DNA of 41,845 nucleotides from Verrucomicrobiales bacterium. GTDB lineage: Bacteria > Verrucomicrobiota > Verrucomicrobiia > Methylacidiphilales > JAAUTS01. Where the stretch lies: assembly GCA_031266335.1 (NCBI GenBank), contig JAISBF010000144.1, forward strand, positions 1-41,845. The letters run 5' to 3'. The position numbers and the translations under genes are program-made. Shown here piece by piece: positions 18,840 through 27,828 of the stretch. The notes beneath the pieces are model-generated. The model ran no database searches. It was not told the origin of the DNA and saw nothing but the letters and a program-made list of their open reading frames with translations. Every line of letters starts with the position of its first letter. Position 1 is the stretch's first letter.

Positions 18840-19982
18840 ATGGGCAAATTCAGCGCCATTATTCTGCTGGGAGCGGTGTCGGCCCTCGTCGCCATCGGCT
18901 TCGTGATTCTGACCAGTGTCAGCGCCTTCGCTTCCGCGAACAATGGTAACGCCTATTACTTTGTTATCCGCCAGGCGATTTTCCTGGGCGCGGGCGCGGG
19001 CGTTTGCTGGCTGGCCGCCAAGTGGGATTATCATCAGTGGAGCCGGTTTTCCCCGGCGCTGCTGGTGCTCGGGCTGGCGCTGATGGCGGCGTGTTTTTTG
19101 CCGCATTTCGGCGTGCGCGTCAATGGCGCCAACCGCTGGATTAACCTGGGCTTCATCCGGGCGCAACCGGTGGAGCTGGCCAAGTTCGGGTTGATGGCCA
19201 GCCTGGCCTGGTGGCTGGGGACGCGCGCCGGCCAGTTGAAAAATTTCCGGGTCGGCGTGCTGGCGCCGCTGGGCATGTTGGTGGCGCTGGCGGTGCTGTG
19301 CCAGTGGCAGGATGACATCGGCAGCGCGGCGCTGATGCTGATAGTGGCGCTGGGGCTGATGTTTGTCGCCGGCACCAGGCAACGCTACCTGGTCGTGATC
19401 CTGGCGCTGGGAGTTGGCGCCATTGGCTTGATGGCGTATGTCAAGCCGCAGAAATGGGCGCGGCTGACCGCGTTTACCAACGTCGAGCAGCTGACCGACG
19501 GCATCAACCTGCAACCGCACAACGCGCTGATCGCCTTCGGCTCCGGCGGCATCAGCGGGCGCGGCCTCGGCCAGGGGGTGCAAAAAATGAAGTATCTGCC
19601 CGAGGCGCACACGGATTTTATTTTTCCGAACATCGGTGAGGAACTGGGAGTGATTGCCACGCTGCTGGTGGTGCTGGCCTTTTTGCTGCTGGTGCTGGCG
19701 GGCTGGGAAATCGCCTGCCACGCGCCGGACCAGACCGGTTTGCTGCTGGGACTCGGCGCCACCTCGCTGATCGGCTTGCAGGGGCTGATGAACATGGCGG
19801 TGGTGACGGCGCTGATGCCGACCAAGGGCATCGGCCTGCCGTTCATCAGCTATGGAGGCTCCAATCTATTGTTATGCTTCCTGCTGGTCGGGATTTTGCT
19901 GAACATTCATTTTCAGGCGATTTACGAACCGCGCAAACGCCGGCCGGCCAGTCTGCCGGCGGCCATGACGGCGCGGATGTAG
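18840..19982 (+). CDS. ftsW: SEDS peptidoglycan glycosyltransferase FtsW
   Basis: NGANRWI, QPVELAK, YLPEAHTDFIF and GLPFISYGGS. Start taken at ATG 18840. Confidence 0.94.
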   Translation: MGKFSAIILLGAVSALVAIGFVILTSVSAFASANNGNAYYFVIRQAIFLGAGAGVCWLAAKWDYHQWSRFSPALLVLGLALMAACFLPHFGVRVNGANRWINLGFIRAQPVELAKFGLMASLAWWLGTRAGQLKNFRVGVLAPLGMLVALAVLCQWQDDIGSAALMLIVALGLMFVAGTRQRYLVVILALGVGAIGLMAYVKPQKWARLTAFTNVEQLTDGINLQPHNALIAFGSGGISGRGLGQGVQKMKYLPEAHTDFIFPNIGEELGVIATLLVVLAFLLLVLAGWEIACHAPDQTGLLLGLGATSLIGLQGLMNMAVVTALMPTKGIGLPFISYGGSNLLLCFLLVGILLNIHFQAIYEPRKRRPASLPAAMTARM

Positions 19983-19991
19983 GGACTGGTT

Positions 19992-21101
19992 ATGGCGAAA
20001 ATCGGCATAGCATGTGGGGGCACCGGGGGACATCTTTATCCCGGGCTGGCGGTGGCGGAGGCGCTGACGGCGCTGGGCCATGCCGTCCGGTTGTATGTTT
20101 CCGCCAAGGACCTCGACCGCGCGGTGCTGGCCGATTACCCGGCCTTCGACAGCGTGCCGCTGCCGGTCACCGGCTGGCCGGGTTACGGCCCGCGGCTGCC
20201 GAAATTTTTCCTGAACTTCTGGGCGGCCTGCCGCCTGGCCGGGCGCGAGACGCGCCAGCAGCGGCTCGACGCGGTGCTGGGCATGGGCGGGTTCACCTCC
20301 GCGCCGCTCATCATCAGCGCCGCGCGGCGGGGGGTGCCGACGCTGCTGCACGAGTCCAACGCCATCCCCGGCAAGGTGACCCGGCTGCTGGCCAGGCGGG
20401 TTGACGCGGTGCTGGTCGGGTTCAACGAATGCGCCCGGCACCTGCCGGGCATCAATGCCAGGCACACGGGCACGCCGATACGCCGCACGCTGCGCAAGCT
20501 GGCGCGGGAACAGGCGGCGAAGTTTTGGGGCCTGGCGGCGGCGCCGTTCACCGTGGCGGTCATCGGCGGCAGCCAGGGGGCGCGGGGGCTGAACCGGCTG
20601 GTGATTCAGGCGATGGCGGACTGGCCGCCGCTGCAACGTGACTTGCAATTCATCCACCTGGCCGGGCCGCAGGAAAGCGATTTATTAGTAGCCAATTATC
20701 AGCGCAACGGCTTGCGCGCCGCGGTGCGGCCGTATTGCCGCGCGATGGAAAATTTGTACAGCCTGGCCGATTTGGTGATCGCCCGCGCGGGGGCGGCGTC
20801 GCTGACCGAGCTCAGCTATTTCGGCCTGCCGTCGATTTTGGTGCCATATCCCGCCGCCGCCGAGGATCACCAGACCCGCAACGCGCGGATTTTTGTCAAG
20901 GCCGGCGCGGCGCTGATGGTGCCGGAAGGCAAGCGCGCCGCGCCGCAACTGGCGCTGATGGTGCCGGATTTGCTGGCCGATCGCGACCGGCTGGCGCGCA
21001 TGTCCGCCGCGGCGGCGGCGCTGAGCGTGCGCGACGCGGCGCGGCGCGTGGCCGAGGAAGTGCAACGGGCGCTGCCAGCGAATGACGGAGGGGGCGCGTG
21101 A
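19992..21101 (+). CDS. murG: Lipid II GlcNAc transferase
   Basis: GGTGGHLYP, HESNAIPG, GGSQGA, RAGAAS and HQTRNA. Confidence 0.97.
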   Translation: MAKIGIACGGTGGHLYPGLAVAEALTALGHAVRLYVSAKDLDRAVLADYPAFDSVPLPVTGWPGYGPRLPKFFLNFWAACRLAGRETRQQRLDAVLGMGGFTSAPLIISAARRGVPTLLHESNAIPGKVTRLLARRVDAVLVGFNECARHLPGINARHTGTPIRRTLRKLAREQAAKFWGLAAAPFTVAVIGGSQGARGLNRLVIQAMADWPPLQRDLQFIHLAGPQESDLLVANYQRNGLRAAVRPYCRAMENLYSLADLVIARAGAASLTELSYFGLPSILVPYPAAAEDHQTRNARIFVKAGAALMVPEGKRAAPQLALMVPDLLADRDRLARMSAAAAALSVRDAARRVAEEVQRALPANDGGGA

Positions 21102-23473
21102 ACACCGACCGGTCAATCGCCGCGGCCGCGGAGTTGTTGCGTCAGCCCGGCGCGCGGGTCCACCTCGTCGCGGTCAGCGGCAGCGGCATGATCGGCCTGG
21201 CCAAACTGCTGCTCGACGCCGGCGTCACCGTCAGCGGCTCGGACTTGCAGCGCGGGAAACAAATCGCCGCGTTGGAACAACTGGGCTTGAAATTTTACCA
21301 GGGCCACGCCGCGCGGCAGGTTGACGGCGCGACATTGCTGGGGTATTCGTCGGCGATTGGCGCTGACAATGTCGAGCGCCGGGCCGCCGCTGACGGTGGC
21401 ATCCCGCAATTCCGGCGCGCGGAAATTCTCGCGGCGCTGGCGCGGCGCAAGCGGCTGCTGACCGTCAGCGGCACGCACGGCAAGACGACGACGACGCTGA
21501 TGCTCACGCGCATTTTCCAGGCGGCGGGGCGCGACCCCGGTTTTTACATCGGCGCGGACGTGCCGGATTTCGAGTTCAGCGCGGGACTGGGCGCCGCGGA
21601 CGGCGACCTGATTATCGAGGCCGACGAGAGCGACGGGACGCTGGCCTGTTACGCGCCCGCCGCCGTGCTGGTGCTGAATATCGAGCCGGACCACCTCGAC
21701 CACTACGCCGATCTTGGGCACATCAAGGCGGCGTTCCTCGCGCTGGCGCGGAAATCCGGGACGCCGCCGGTGCTGTGCGCTGACGATGAGCGCTGCCGCG
21801 AGTTGGCGCAACAACTGCCGCTGGCGGTGACTTACGCGCTGGGGCACGACGCGGAATTTCGCGCGGAACAGCTCACCGTCAGCGCCGGCGTCTCGACGTT
21901 CGAGGTGACGCGGCGCGGGGAACAACTGGGCGCGCTGACCGTGACGCTGCCGGGCCGGCACAACGTCAGCAACGCGCTCGGCGCGGTGGCGGCGGCACTG
22001 TCAGCGGGCGTCAGCTTCGCGGACTGTCAGCGGGCGCTGGCGGCGATGCGCGGCGCGGCGCGGCGGTTTGAAATTTTGCATCGTGACGCGGATTATCTCG
22101 TGGTGGACGATTACGCCCATCACCCGTCGGAAATCCGCGCGACCCTGGCGGCGGCGAAAAATTGCGGCGCCCGGCGCGTGCTGGCGGCGTTCCAGCCGCA
22201 CCGATACTCGCGCTCGTTGCATTTGCAACACGAGTTCGCGGGCGCGTTCGCCGGCGCTGACCGTGTGTTCATCACCGACATTTACAGCGCGGGCGAGCCG
22301 CCGATTGACGGCGTGACGGGAGCGACATTCGCGGCGGCGGTTGGTGGGAAAGTGACTTACGCGCCGACGCTGGACGATTTGCGGACGGCGCTGACGCTGG
22401 CGTTGCAGCCGGGCGATTGCGTGCTGACGATGGGCGCGGGCGATATTTGCAAGGTCAGTGTCAGCGTGGCGCGCGACTTGCGGATGTTTCGCCGGCTCCA
22501 GCAATTACTGGTCGTGTCGCCCCGTCATCCTGAGCGGAGCAATGAAGTGGCGCAGTCGATGGATCGTGTTGACCAATCGCTCGCTGACGGTGAGCCGAAA
22601 GCGCCTGGCGGGTCGGTGGTGAAATTGTACGAGCCGCTGAGCAAACACACCACGCTGCGGGTGGGCGGGCCGGCGCAGTTCTGGGTTGAACCCGCTGACG
22701 ATGAGGCGTTGCGGCGCGTGGCGGATTTTTGTCGCGCGCAAAACCTGCCGCTGACAGTCATCGGGCGCGGCTCGAATTTGCTGGTGCGCGACCGCGGCAT
22801 TCGCGGCGTGTGCGTCCACCTCGGCGCGCCGGCGTTTGGCGCAATCACCGTCAGCGGCACTGACATCAAGGCCGGGGCCGGCGCGCGGTTGCGCGACCTC
22901 GTCCACGCGGCGAAGCGCGCGGGGCTGGGCGGGCTGGAATTTCTGGAAGGCATTCCGGGCAATCTCGGCGGGGCGCTGCGGATGAACGCCGGCGCGTTCG
23001 GCGGCGCGCTCGGCGAGGTCATCGTCAGCGCGCGCGCGCTGGCGCCCGACGGCAAAATCCTGGAACTTCCGCGCGCGGCGCTGCCGATGAACTACCGCGA
23101 CACGCCGTTGTTCGCCGACCATATCGCGCTCGGCGCGACCTTGCGCGGCGCTGCCGGTGACATCGCCGCCATCGGCGCGAAGCTTGACGACTATCGCGAA
23201 AAACGCCACGCCGCGCAGCCGAAGCAGCCGAGCGCGGGCAGCACGTTCAAAAACCCGCCGGCACTGTCAGCGGGGCGGTTGCTGGAGGAACTCGGCTTGA
23301 AGGGAAAAAAAATCGGCGGCGCGCGATTTTCGACTGTACATGCTAATTTTATTATCAATGATGGGAGCGCGACGGCCACGGACGCGCTGGCGTTGATTGA
23401 ACTGGCGCGCCGCGCGGCGCGGGAACAGCGCGGCGTGGAGCTGGCGCTGGAGGTGAAGGTGCTGGGTGATTGA
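21098..23473 (+). CDS. murC: Bifunctional MurC (N-terminal) - MurB (C-terminal) fusion
   Basis: MurC motifs: SGTHGKTTTT, EADESDG, DDYAHHPSEI, FQPHRYSR, MGAGDI. MurB motifs: HTTLRVGGPA, GRGSNLL, GIPGNLGGALRMNAGA, PSAGSTFKNP, HANFIIN. One continuous frame. Confidence 0.95.
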   Translation: MNTDRSIAAAAELLRQPGARVHLVAVSGSGMIGLAKLLLDAGVTVSGSDLQRGKQIAALEQLGLKFYQGHAARQVDGATLLGYSSAIGADNVERRAAADGGIPQFRRAEILAALARRKRLLTVSGTHGKTTTTLMLTRIFQAAGRDPGFYIGADVPDFEFSAGLGAADGDLIIEADESDGTLACYAPAAVLVLNIEPDHLDHYADLGHIKAAFLALARKSGTPPVLCADDERCRELAQQLPLAVTYALGHDAEFRAEQLTVSAGVSTFEVTRRGEQLGALTVTLPGRHNVSNALGAVAAALSAGVSFADCQRALAAMRGAARRFEILHRDADYLVVDDYAHHPSEIRATLAAAKNCGARRVLAAFQPHRYSRSLHLQHEFAGAFAGADRVFITDIYSAGEPPIDGVTGATFAAAVGGKVTYAPTLDDLRTALTLALQPGDCVLTMGAGDICKVSVSVARDLRMFRRLQQLLVVSPRHPERSNEVAQSMDRVDQSLADGEPKAPGGSVVKLYEPLSKHTTLRVGGPAQFWVEPADDEALRRVADFCRAQNLPLTVIGRGSNLLVRDRGIRGVCVHLGAPAFGAITVSGTDIKAGAGARLRDLVHAAKRAGLGGLEFLEGIPGNLGGALRMNAGAFGGALGEVIVSARALAPDGKILELPRAALPMNYRDTPLFADHIALGATLRGAAGDIAAIGAKLDDYREKRHAAQPKQPSAGSTFKNPPALSAGRLLEELGLKGKKIGGARFSTVHANFIINDGSATATDALALIELARRAAREQRGVELALEVKVLGD

Positions 23474-24368
23474 CATGGATTTACGTGCTAAACATACGCT
23501 GGTGCTGAAAGGCGGCGTGTCCGCCGAGCGGGCGGTGTCGTTGCGCAGCGGCGCGGCCATCGCGGCGGCGTTGCGGTCGCGTGGGTTCACGGTCAGCGAA
23601 CTGGATGTCACGACGCGGGATTTTCAATTGCCCGCTGACACTGACCTGGTGTTCATCGGCCTGCACGGCGTGTTCGGCGAGGACGGCGAGTTGCAGGAGC
23701 GGCTGGAGCGCGAAAAAATTCCCTTCACCGGCAGCGGGTCGGCGGCCAGCCGCAACGCTTTCGACAAATTACGCGCCAAAAGTTTGTTGCTGAAAAACGG
23801 CGTGAAGGTCGCGGCCGGCGAGTTGTGGAAGCCGGCGCTGCCGCTGACCGTGCCCTGCGTGCTGAAGCCGGTGGCCGAGGGGTCGAGCGTGGGCTTGTCA
23901 ATCGTGCGCGCCGCCGCCGATGTGCCGCGCGCGGTCGCGGCGTCGCTGGCGGTGAGCAAACCGATGTTAGTGGAGGAATTCATCGCCGGGCGCGAGGTGA
24001 CGGTCGGCATTCTGGGTGACGCGCCGCTGCCGGTGATCGAGGTGGAGCCAAAGGGCGGCGATTTTGATTACGCGCACAAATACACGGCGGGGCTGGCGGT
24101 GCACACCTGCCCGGCGAAGTTTGCCGCGGCGCTGACGGCGCGGATTCAACACGTCGCGCTGGCCGCGCACCGCGCGCTGGGTTGCGCGGTGTATTCGCGG
24201 GTGGATTTGATCGTGCCCGCTGACGGCGACCCCGTGGTGCTGGAGGTGAACACGCTGCCGGGGATGACCGAATTGAGTTTCATTCCCGAGGCGGCGCGCG
24301 CGGCGGGCCTTGAGTTCGCGGCGCTGTGCGAGAAAATTTTAACCTGGTCCGTGGAGGCGGCGCGCTGA
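23466..24368 (+). CDS. ddl: D-alanine--D-alanine ligase
   Basis: GGVSAERAVSLRSG, LHGVFGEDG, EGSSVG, DYAHKY and EVNTLPGMT. Confidence 0.96.
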   Translation: MIDMDLRAKHTLVLKGGVSAERAVSLRSGAAIAAALRSRGFTVSELDVTTRDFQLPADTDLVFIGLHGVFGEDGELQERLEREKIPFTGSGSAASRNAFDKLRAKSLLLKNGVKVAAGELWKPALPLTVPCVLKPVAEGSSVGLSIVRAAADVPRAVAASLAVSKPMLVEEFIAGREVTVGILGDAPLPVIEVEPKGGDFDYAHKYTAGLAVHTCPAKFAAALTARIQHVALAAHRALGCAVYSRVDLIVPADGDPVVLEVNTLPGMTELSFIPEAARAAGLEFAALCEKILTWSVEAAR

Positions 24369-25231
24369 TGGCGAGATCCTGGCATACGGTTGGCGGCCGG
24401 CGGCGGAATGTGCTGCACGTCGAGGTGCAGAAACGCAGCCGGTCGAAAAAGGCGCGGTTGCTCGCGCTGAAATGGTGCGGCGTGCTGGCGCTGTCGGCGG
24501 CCTTTATCGCGGCGCTGTGGTTCGGCCTGTTGGCGGTGCTGGAACACGCGCTGTACCGCAACCCGGATTTTGCGTTGCGCGAGGTGGAGGTGCAGGTGCA
24601 GGGCGCGGTGTCGCGCGCGGAAGTGTTGCGGACGGCCGGGTTGCGGACGGGGCAGAACATCATGGCGCTGGACCTTGGGAGAATCCGCCAGAGTTTGCGG
24701 CAGATTTCCTATGTGGACACAGTGCGGGTGGAGCGGGCGCTGCCGTCGAGATTGAAAATCGTCATCGAGGAACGGCAGCCGGTGGCGCGCATTGATCCAC
24801 GGTCAGCGGACGGCAACGAGCTGGCGCAGGCGACTTATTACATCGACGCCGAGGGTTACATGATGCGGCCGAAGCCGGGCGAGGAGTTGAAACTCCTGCC
24901 GGTCATCAAGGGCGTGCCCGCCGACCAGGTGCAGGACGGTCAGCGGACCGACCGGCCGGAAATTCTCAGCGCGCTGAACCTGCTGCGGCTGGCCGATTAC
25001 GCGGCCTTGAAGGGCGATTTGGATTTGACCCAGATCGGCGTGGACAGCAAGGGCTATCTGGTGTTGAACACGCGCGACCAGGGGCGGATTCATTTTCGCA
25101 CGGATTTTCTGGCGGAGCAGGTGCGCCGCTTGAAAACCATCCTGGAATACGCGCATGAGCGCGGCCTGGTCATTCGGACGGTGGATTTGACGCCGGAACG
25201 GAACGTGCCGGTGGTGTTTGCCAATTTATAA
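24368..25231 (+). CDS. ftsQ: Cell division protein FtsQ/DivIB
   Basis: TM helix plus a POTRA-like domain (VRVERALPSRLKIVIEERQPVA). Lies between ddl and ftsA with a TGATG overlap. Confidence 0.88.
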   Translation: MARSWHTVGGRRRNVLHVEVQKRSRSKKARLLALKWCGVLALSAAFIAALWFGLLAVLEHALYRNPDFALREVEVQVQGAVSRAEVLRTAGLRTGQNIMALDLGRIRQSLRQISYVDTVRVERALPSRLKIVIEERQPVARIDPRSADGNELAQATYYIDAEGYMMRPKPGEELKLLPVIKGVPADQVQDGQRTDRPEILSALNLLRLADYAALKGDLDLTQIGVDSKGYLVLNTRDQGRIHFRTDFLAEQVRRLKTILEYAHERGLVIRTVDLTPERNVPVVFANL

Positions 25232-25242
25232 ACGGAGGCTGT

Positions 25243-26478
25243 ATGTTTTGGAAAAAGAAAGAAAGTTGCGCGATTACGGCGGTGGACGTGGGCACCAGCA
25301 AGATTGCGGTGGCGGTCGGCGAGCTGCGCCCGGACGGCTCGCTGGTGCTGCTGGGGGTCGGCGAGTCACCGTCAGCGGGCATTCGCAAGGGCGAAATCGT
25401 GGATTTTCAACTGGCGCAACAGGCGATTGAGCAGGCCCTGGCGGACGCGGAGGCCAAGACCGAATGCCTGATTGAGTATGTGTATCTCAGCCTGACCGGG
25501 ATGCATCTGGAGCCGAAAACCATCCGCCTGAAAACGCCGATTGACTCGGAAGACCATCGCATCACCGCGGCGCACGTTGAGCGCCTGGGCGAGCAAATGG
25601 AAAATTACGCCATCCCGGCGGAGCATGAAATCATCCACAGCGCGGTGCAGCATTACTATATCGACCGCAACGCGCCGACCGCCGACCCGATCGGGTTGAA
25701 CTCGCAGACCCTGGAGGCCAGTTATCATATCGTGCACGGCCTGCGCACGCGGCTGGAGACCCTGTTCCGTTGCGTGATGGAACTGGATATCAAGGTGGTG
25801 CATTACGCCCTGTCGTCGTACGCCAGTTCGCAGGCGATTCTGACCCGGCAACAAAAGGCGCTGGGCGCGGTGGTCATCGACATGGGGGCGGGAGTGACCG
25901 ATTACCTGGTGTACGCTGACGGTGCGGTGGCGCATACCGGCGTGCTGGCGGTGGGCGGCGACCATGTGACCCAGGATCTGGCCCTCGGCTTGAAACTGCC
26001 GTTCTCCAAGGCGGAGCAGTTGAAAATCAAGCACGGCAATTTATCCACCGGCGCGGAACGGCCCAACGCCCGGCTGACCATCGAAAAGGACATGAATTCC
26101 GACGAGCGCAGCGTGTACGTGGAGTCGCTCGGCAAAATCATGGATTTGCGCATCCGGGAAACCCTGGAACTGATTCGCGACGAAATTGACAGCAAGGGAT
26201 TGTGGGCGCGGGTGTCCGGCAACGTGTATCTCACCGGCGGCGCCTCGCAAGTGCCCGGCCTGCAACGGCTGGCCGGCGAAGTGTTTCCCGCGCCGGCGCG
26301 GCTGGCGCATGAGTTTTTGCTGGAGGGCGACCAGACCTATAACAAGCGCCCGGATTTGTCCACGGTGCTGGGGCTGTTGCGGTATGCGCAGCATTATGAC
26401 TTGCAGCACGAGCGCCTGACCGGCTGGGCGCGGTGGCGGCGGCGGGTGCAGGATTGGGTGCCGCTGCGGATTTTTTAA
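25243..26478 (+). CDS. ftsA: Cell division protein FtsA
   Basis: DVGTSKI, GIRKGEIVD, IDMGAGVTD, GGDHVTQDLA, LTGGAS and a C-terminal amphipathic helix. Confidence 0.95.
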   Translation: MFWKKKESCAITAVDVGTSKIAVAVGELRPDGSLVLLGVGESPSAGIRKGEIVDFQLAQQAIEQALADAEAKTECLIEYVYLSLTGMHLEPKTIRLKTPIDSEDHRITAAHVERLGEQMENYAIPAEHEIIHSAVQHYYIDRNAPTADPIGLNSQTLEASYHIVHGLRTRLETLFRCVMELDIKVVHYALSSYASSQAILTRQQKALGAVVIDMGAGVTDYLVYADGAVAHTGVLAVGGDHVTQDLALGLKLPFSKAEQLKIKHGNLSTGAERPNARLTIEKDMNSDERSVYVESLGKIMDLRIRETLELIRDEIDSKGLWARVSGNVYLTGGASQVPGLQRLAGEVFPAPARLAHEFLLEGDQTYNKRPDLSTVLGLLRYAQHYDLQHERLTGWARWRRRVQDWVPLRIF

Positions 26479-26490
26479 CACGGAGACAAT

Positions 26491-27828
26491 ATGATTGATT
26501 TCAAAAACGACGGGGAATTTCAGGCGCCGACCGCGGCCAGCCTGGCCGGTCACGTCATCATCGGCCTGGGTTCCGCCGGGGTGAACATCGCGGATCAACT
26601 GGTGCTGGACCACCGCGAGCACGGCGCGGTGTTCGGCTTTGACACGGACGAGCAGGTCATTCGCGGCGCGGTCATGCCCGACAAGCTGCTGCTGGGCTGG
26701 CGGCGGATTCACGGGCTGGGCGCCGGCGGCGACCCGGCGCTGGCGGCGGAGATTGCGCGCGAGGAGCGCCGGGAAATCAGCGACCAGTTGCAGGGCACGC
26801 GCAGCGCGGTGCTGGTCACCGGCTTGGGCGGCGGCACCGGCAGCGGCATGGCGCCGGAGTTCTGCCGACTGCTGAAACAGCTCGACGCCACGGTGGTGGT
26901 GCTGGCGGTGACGCCGTTCGCGTTTGAGGGCCGGCGCCGGTTGCAGCAGGCGGCGGAGGCGCTGGCGAGTCTCCGGCGAGAAGCCGACGCGGTGCTGTGC
27001 CTGTCGAACAGCCGGTTGTTGGGATGTTTCGGCCCGGAACTGGACTTGCGCCAGGGATTTGCCGCGATGAACGGCCTGGTGGGGCGGGCCAGTGTGAATT
27101 TGCGCGCGGTGCTGCATCAGACCGGGCCGATGCAAATCCATCTGGCCGACTTGCGGAATGTGCTGGCGGAACATGCCGACGACGCGGCGACCCTGGAAAA
27201 CTGCTGGGCCGGGTGCGGCCTTGGCGCCGGCGCTGACCGTGCCCGCGCGGCGGTGGACGAGGTGCTGGGCGGCCCGTTGTTCGCGGATGGCTGCGCCTGG
27301 TCGAGCGGCACGGCGGTGATTGCCTGCCTCAGCGGCGGCGGGAACCTGTCCATCGGCGAGTTTCAGACGACCATCGAATATTTGCGACAGGAAATCCCGG
27401 TGGAGCTGCCGATTTTGGCAGGCATGGCGCTGGAACCCGGCGAAACCGATATGTTAGGGCTGACGCTGCTGGTGGTCGGCCAGACGGTTGCGGAGGGAGT
27501 GACAACCGAGTCGAAGGCGCGGGAAGAGTTGGCGCTTGAGCCGGCGCCGGCACACGCACCGTCAGCGGCGGCAAGCCCCCGCCGGCCGGTGGAAACGCCG
27601 CCGGTCGCCGGCCGGCCGGTCAGCGCCGGGGTGGAGGAGTTGCCCGCGCTTGCCGATGAACCCGGCAACCAGGGCACGGAGCAAAAATATTTCGTGCAGC
27701 AGGAGGAATTGCCGCTGGACCAGAAAATTTACCGGGGCCGGTTCGAGAAATCGGCGGCCACCATTTGCCACGGCGAGGATTTGGATCAGCCGACATTCAT
27801 GCGGCGCAATGTCAAAATCCGCTTATAA
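26491..27828 (+). CDS. ftsZ: Cell division protein FtsZ (divergent)
   Basis: GLGAGGDP, the GGGTGSG signature, PFAFEG and a C-terminal core peptide DLDQPTFMRR. Follows ftsA. Confidence 0.9.
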   Translation: MIDFKNDGEFQAPTAASLAGHVIIGLGSAGVNIADQLVLDHREHGAVFGFDTDEQVIRGAVMPDKLLLGWRRIHGLGAGGDPALAAEIAREERREISDQLQGTRSAVLVTGLGGGTGSGMAPEFCRLLKQLDATVVVLAVTPFAFEGRRRLQQAAEALASLRREADAVLCLSNSRLLGCFGPELDLRQGFAAMNGLVGRASVNLRAVLHQTGPMQIHLADLRNVLAEHADDAATLENCWAGCGLGAGADRARAAVDEVLGGPLFADGCAWSSGTAVIACLSGGGNLSIGEFQTTIEYLRQEIPVELPILAGMALEPGETDMLGLTLLVVGQTVAEGVTTESKAREELALEPAPAHAPSAAASPRRPVETPPVAGRPVSAGVEELPALADEPGNQGTEQKYFVQQEELPLDQKIYRGRFEKSAATICHGEDLDQPTFMRRNVKIRL

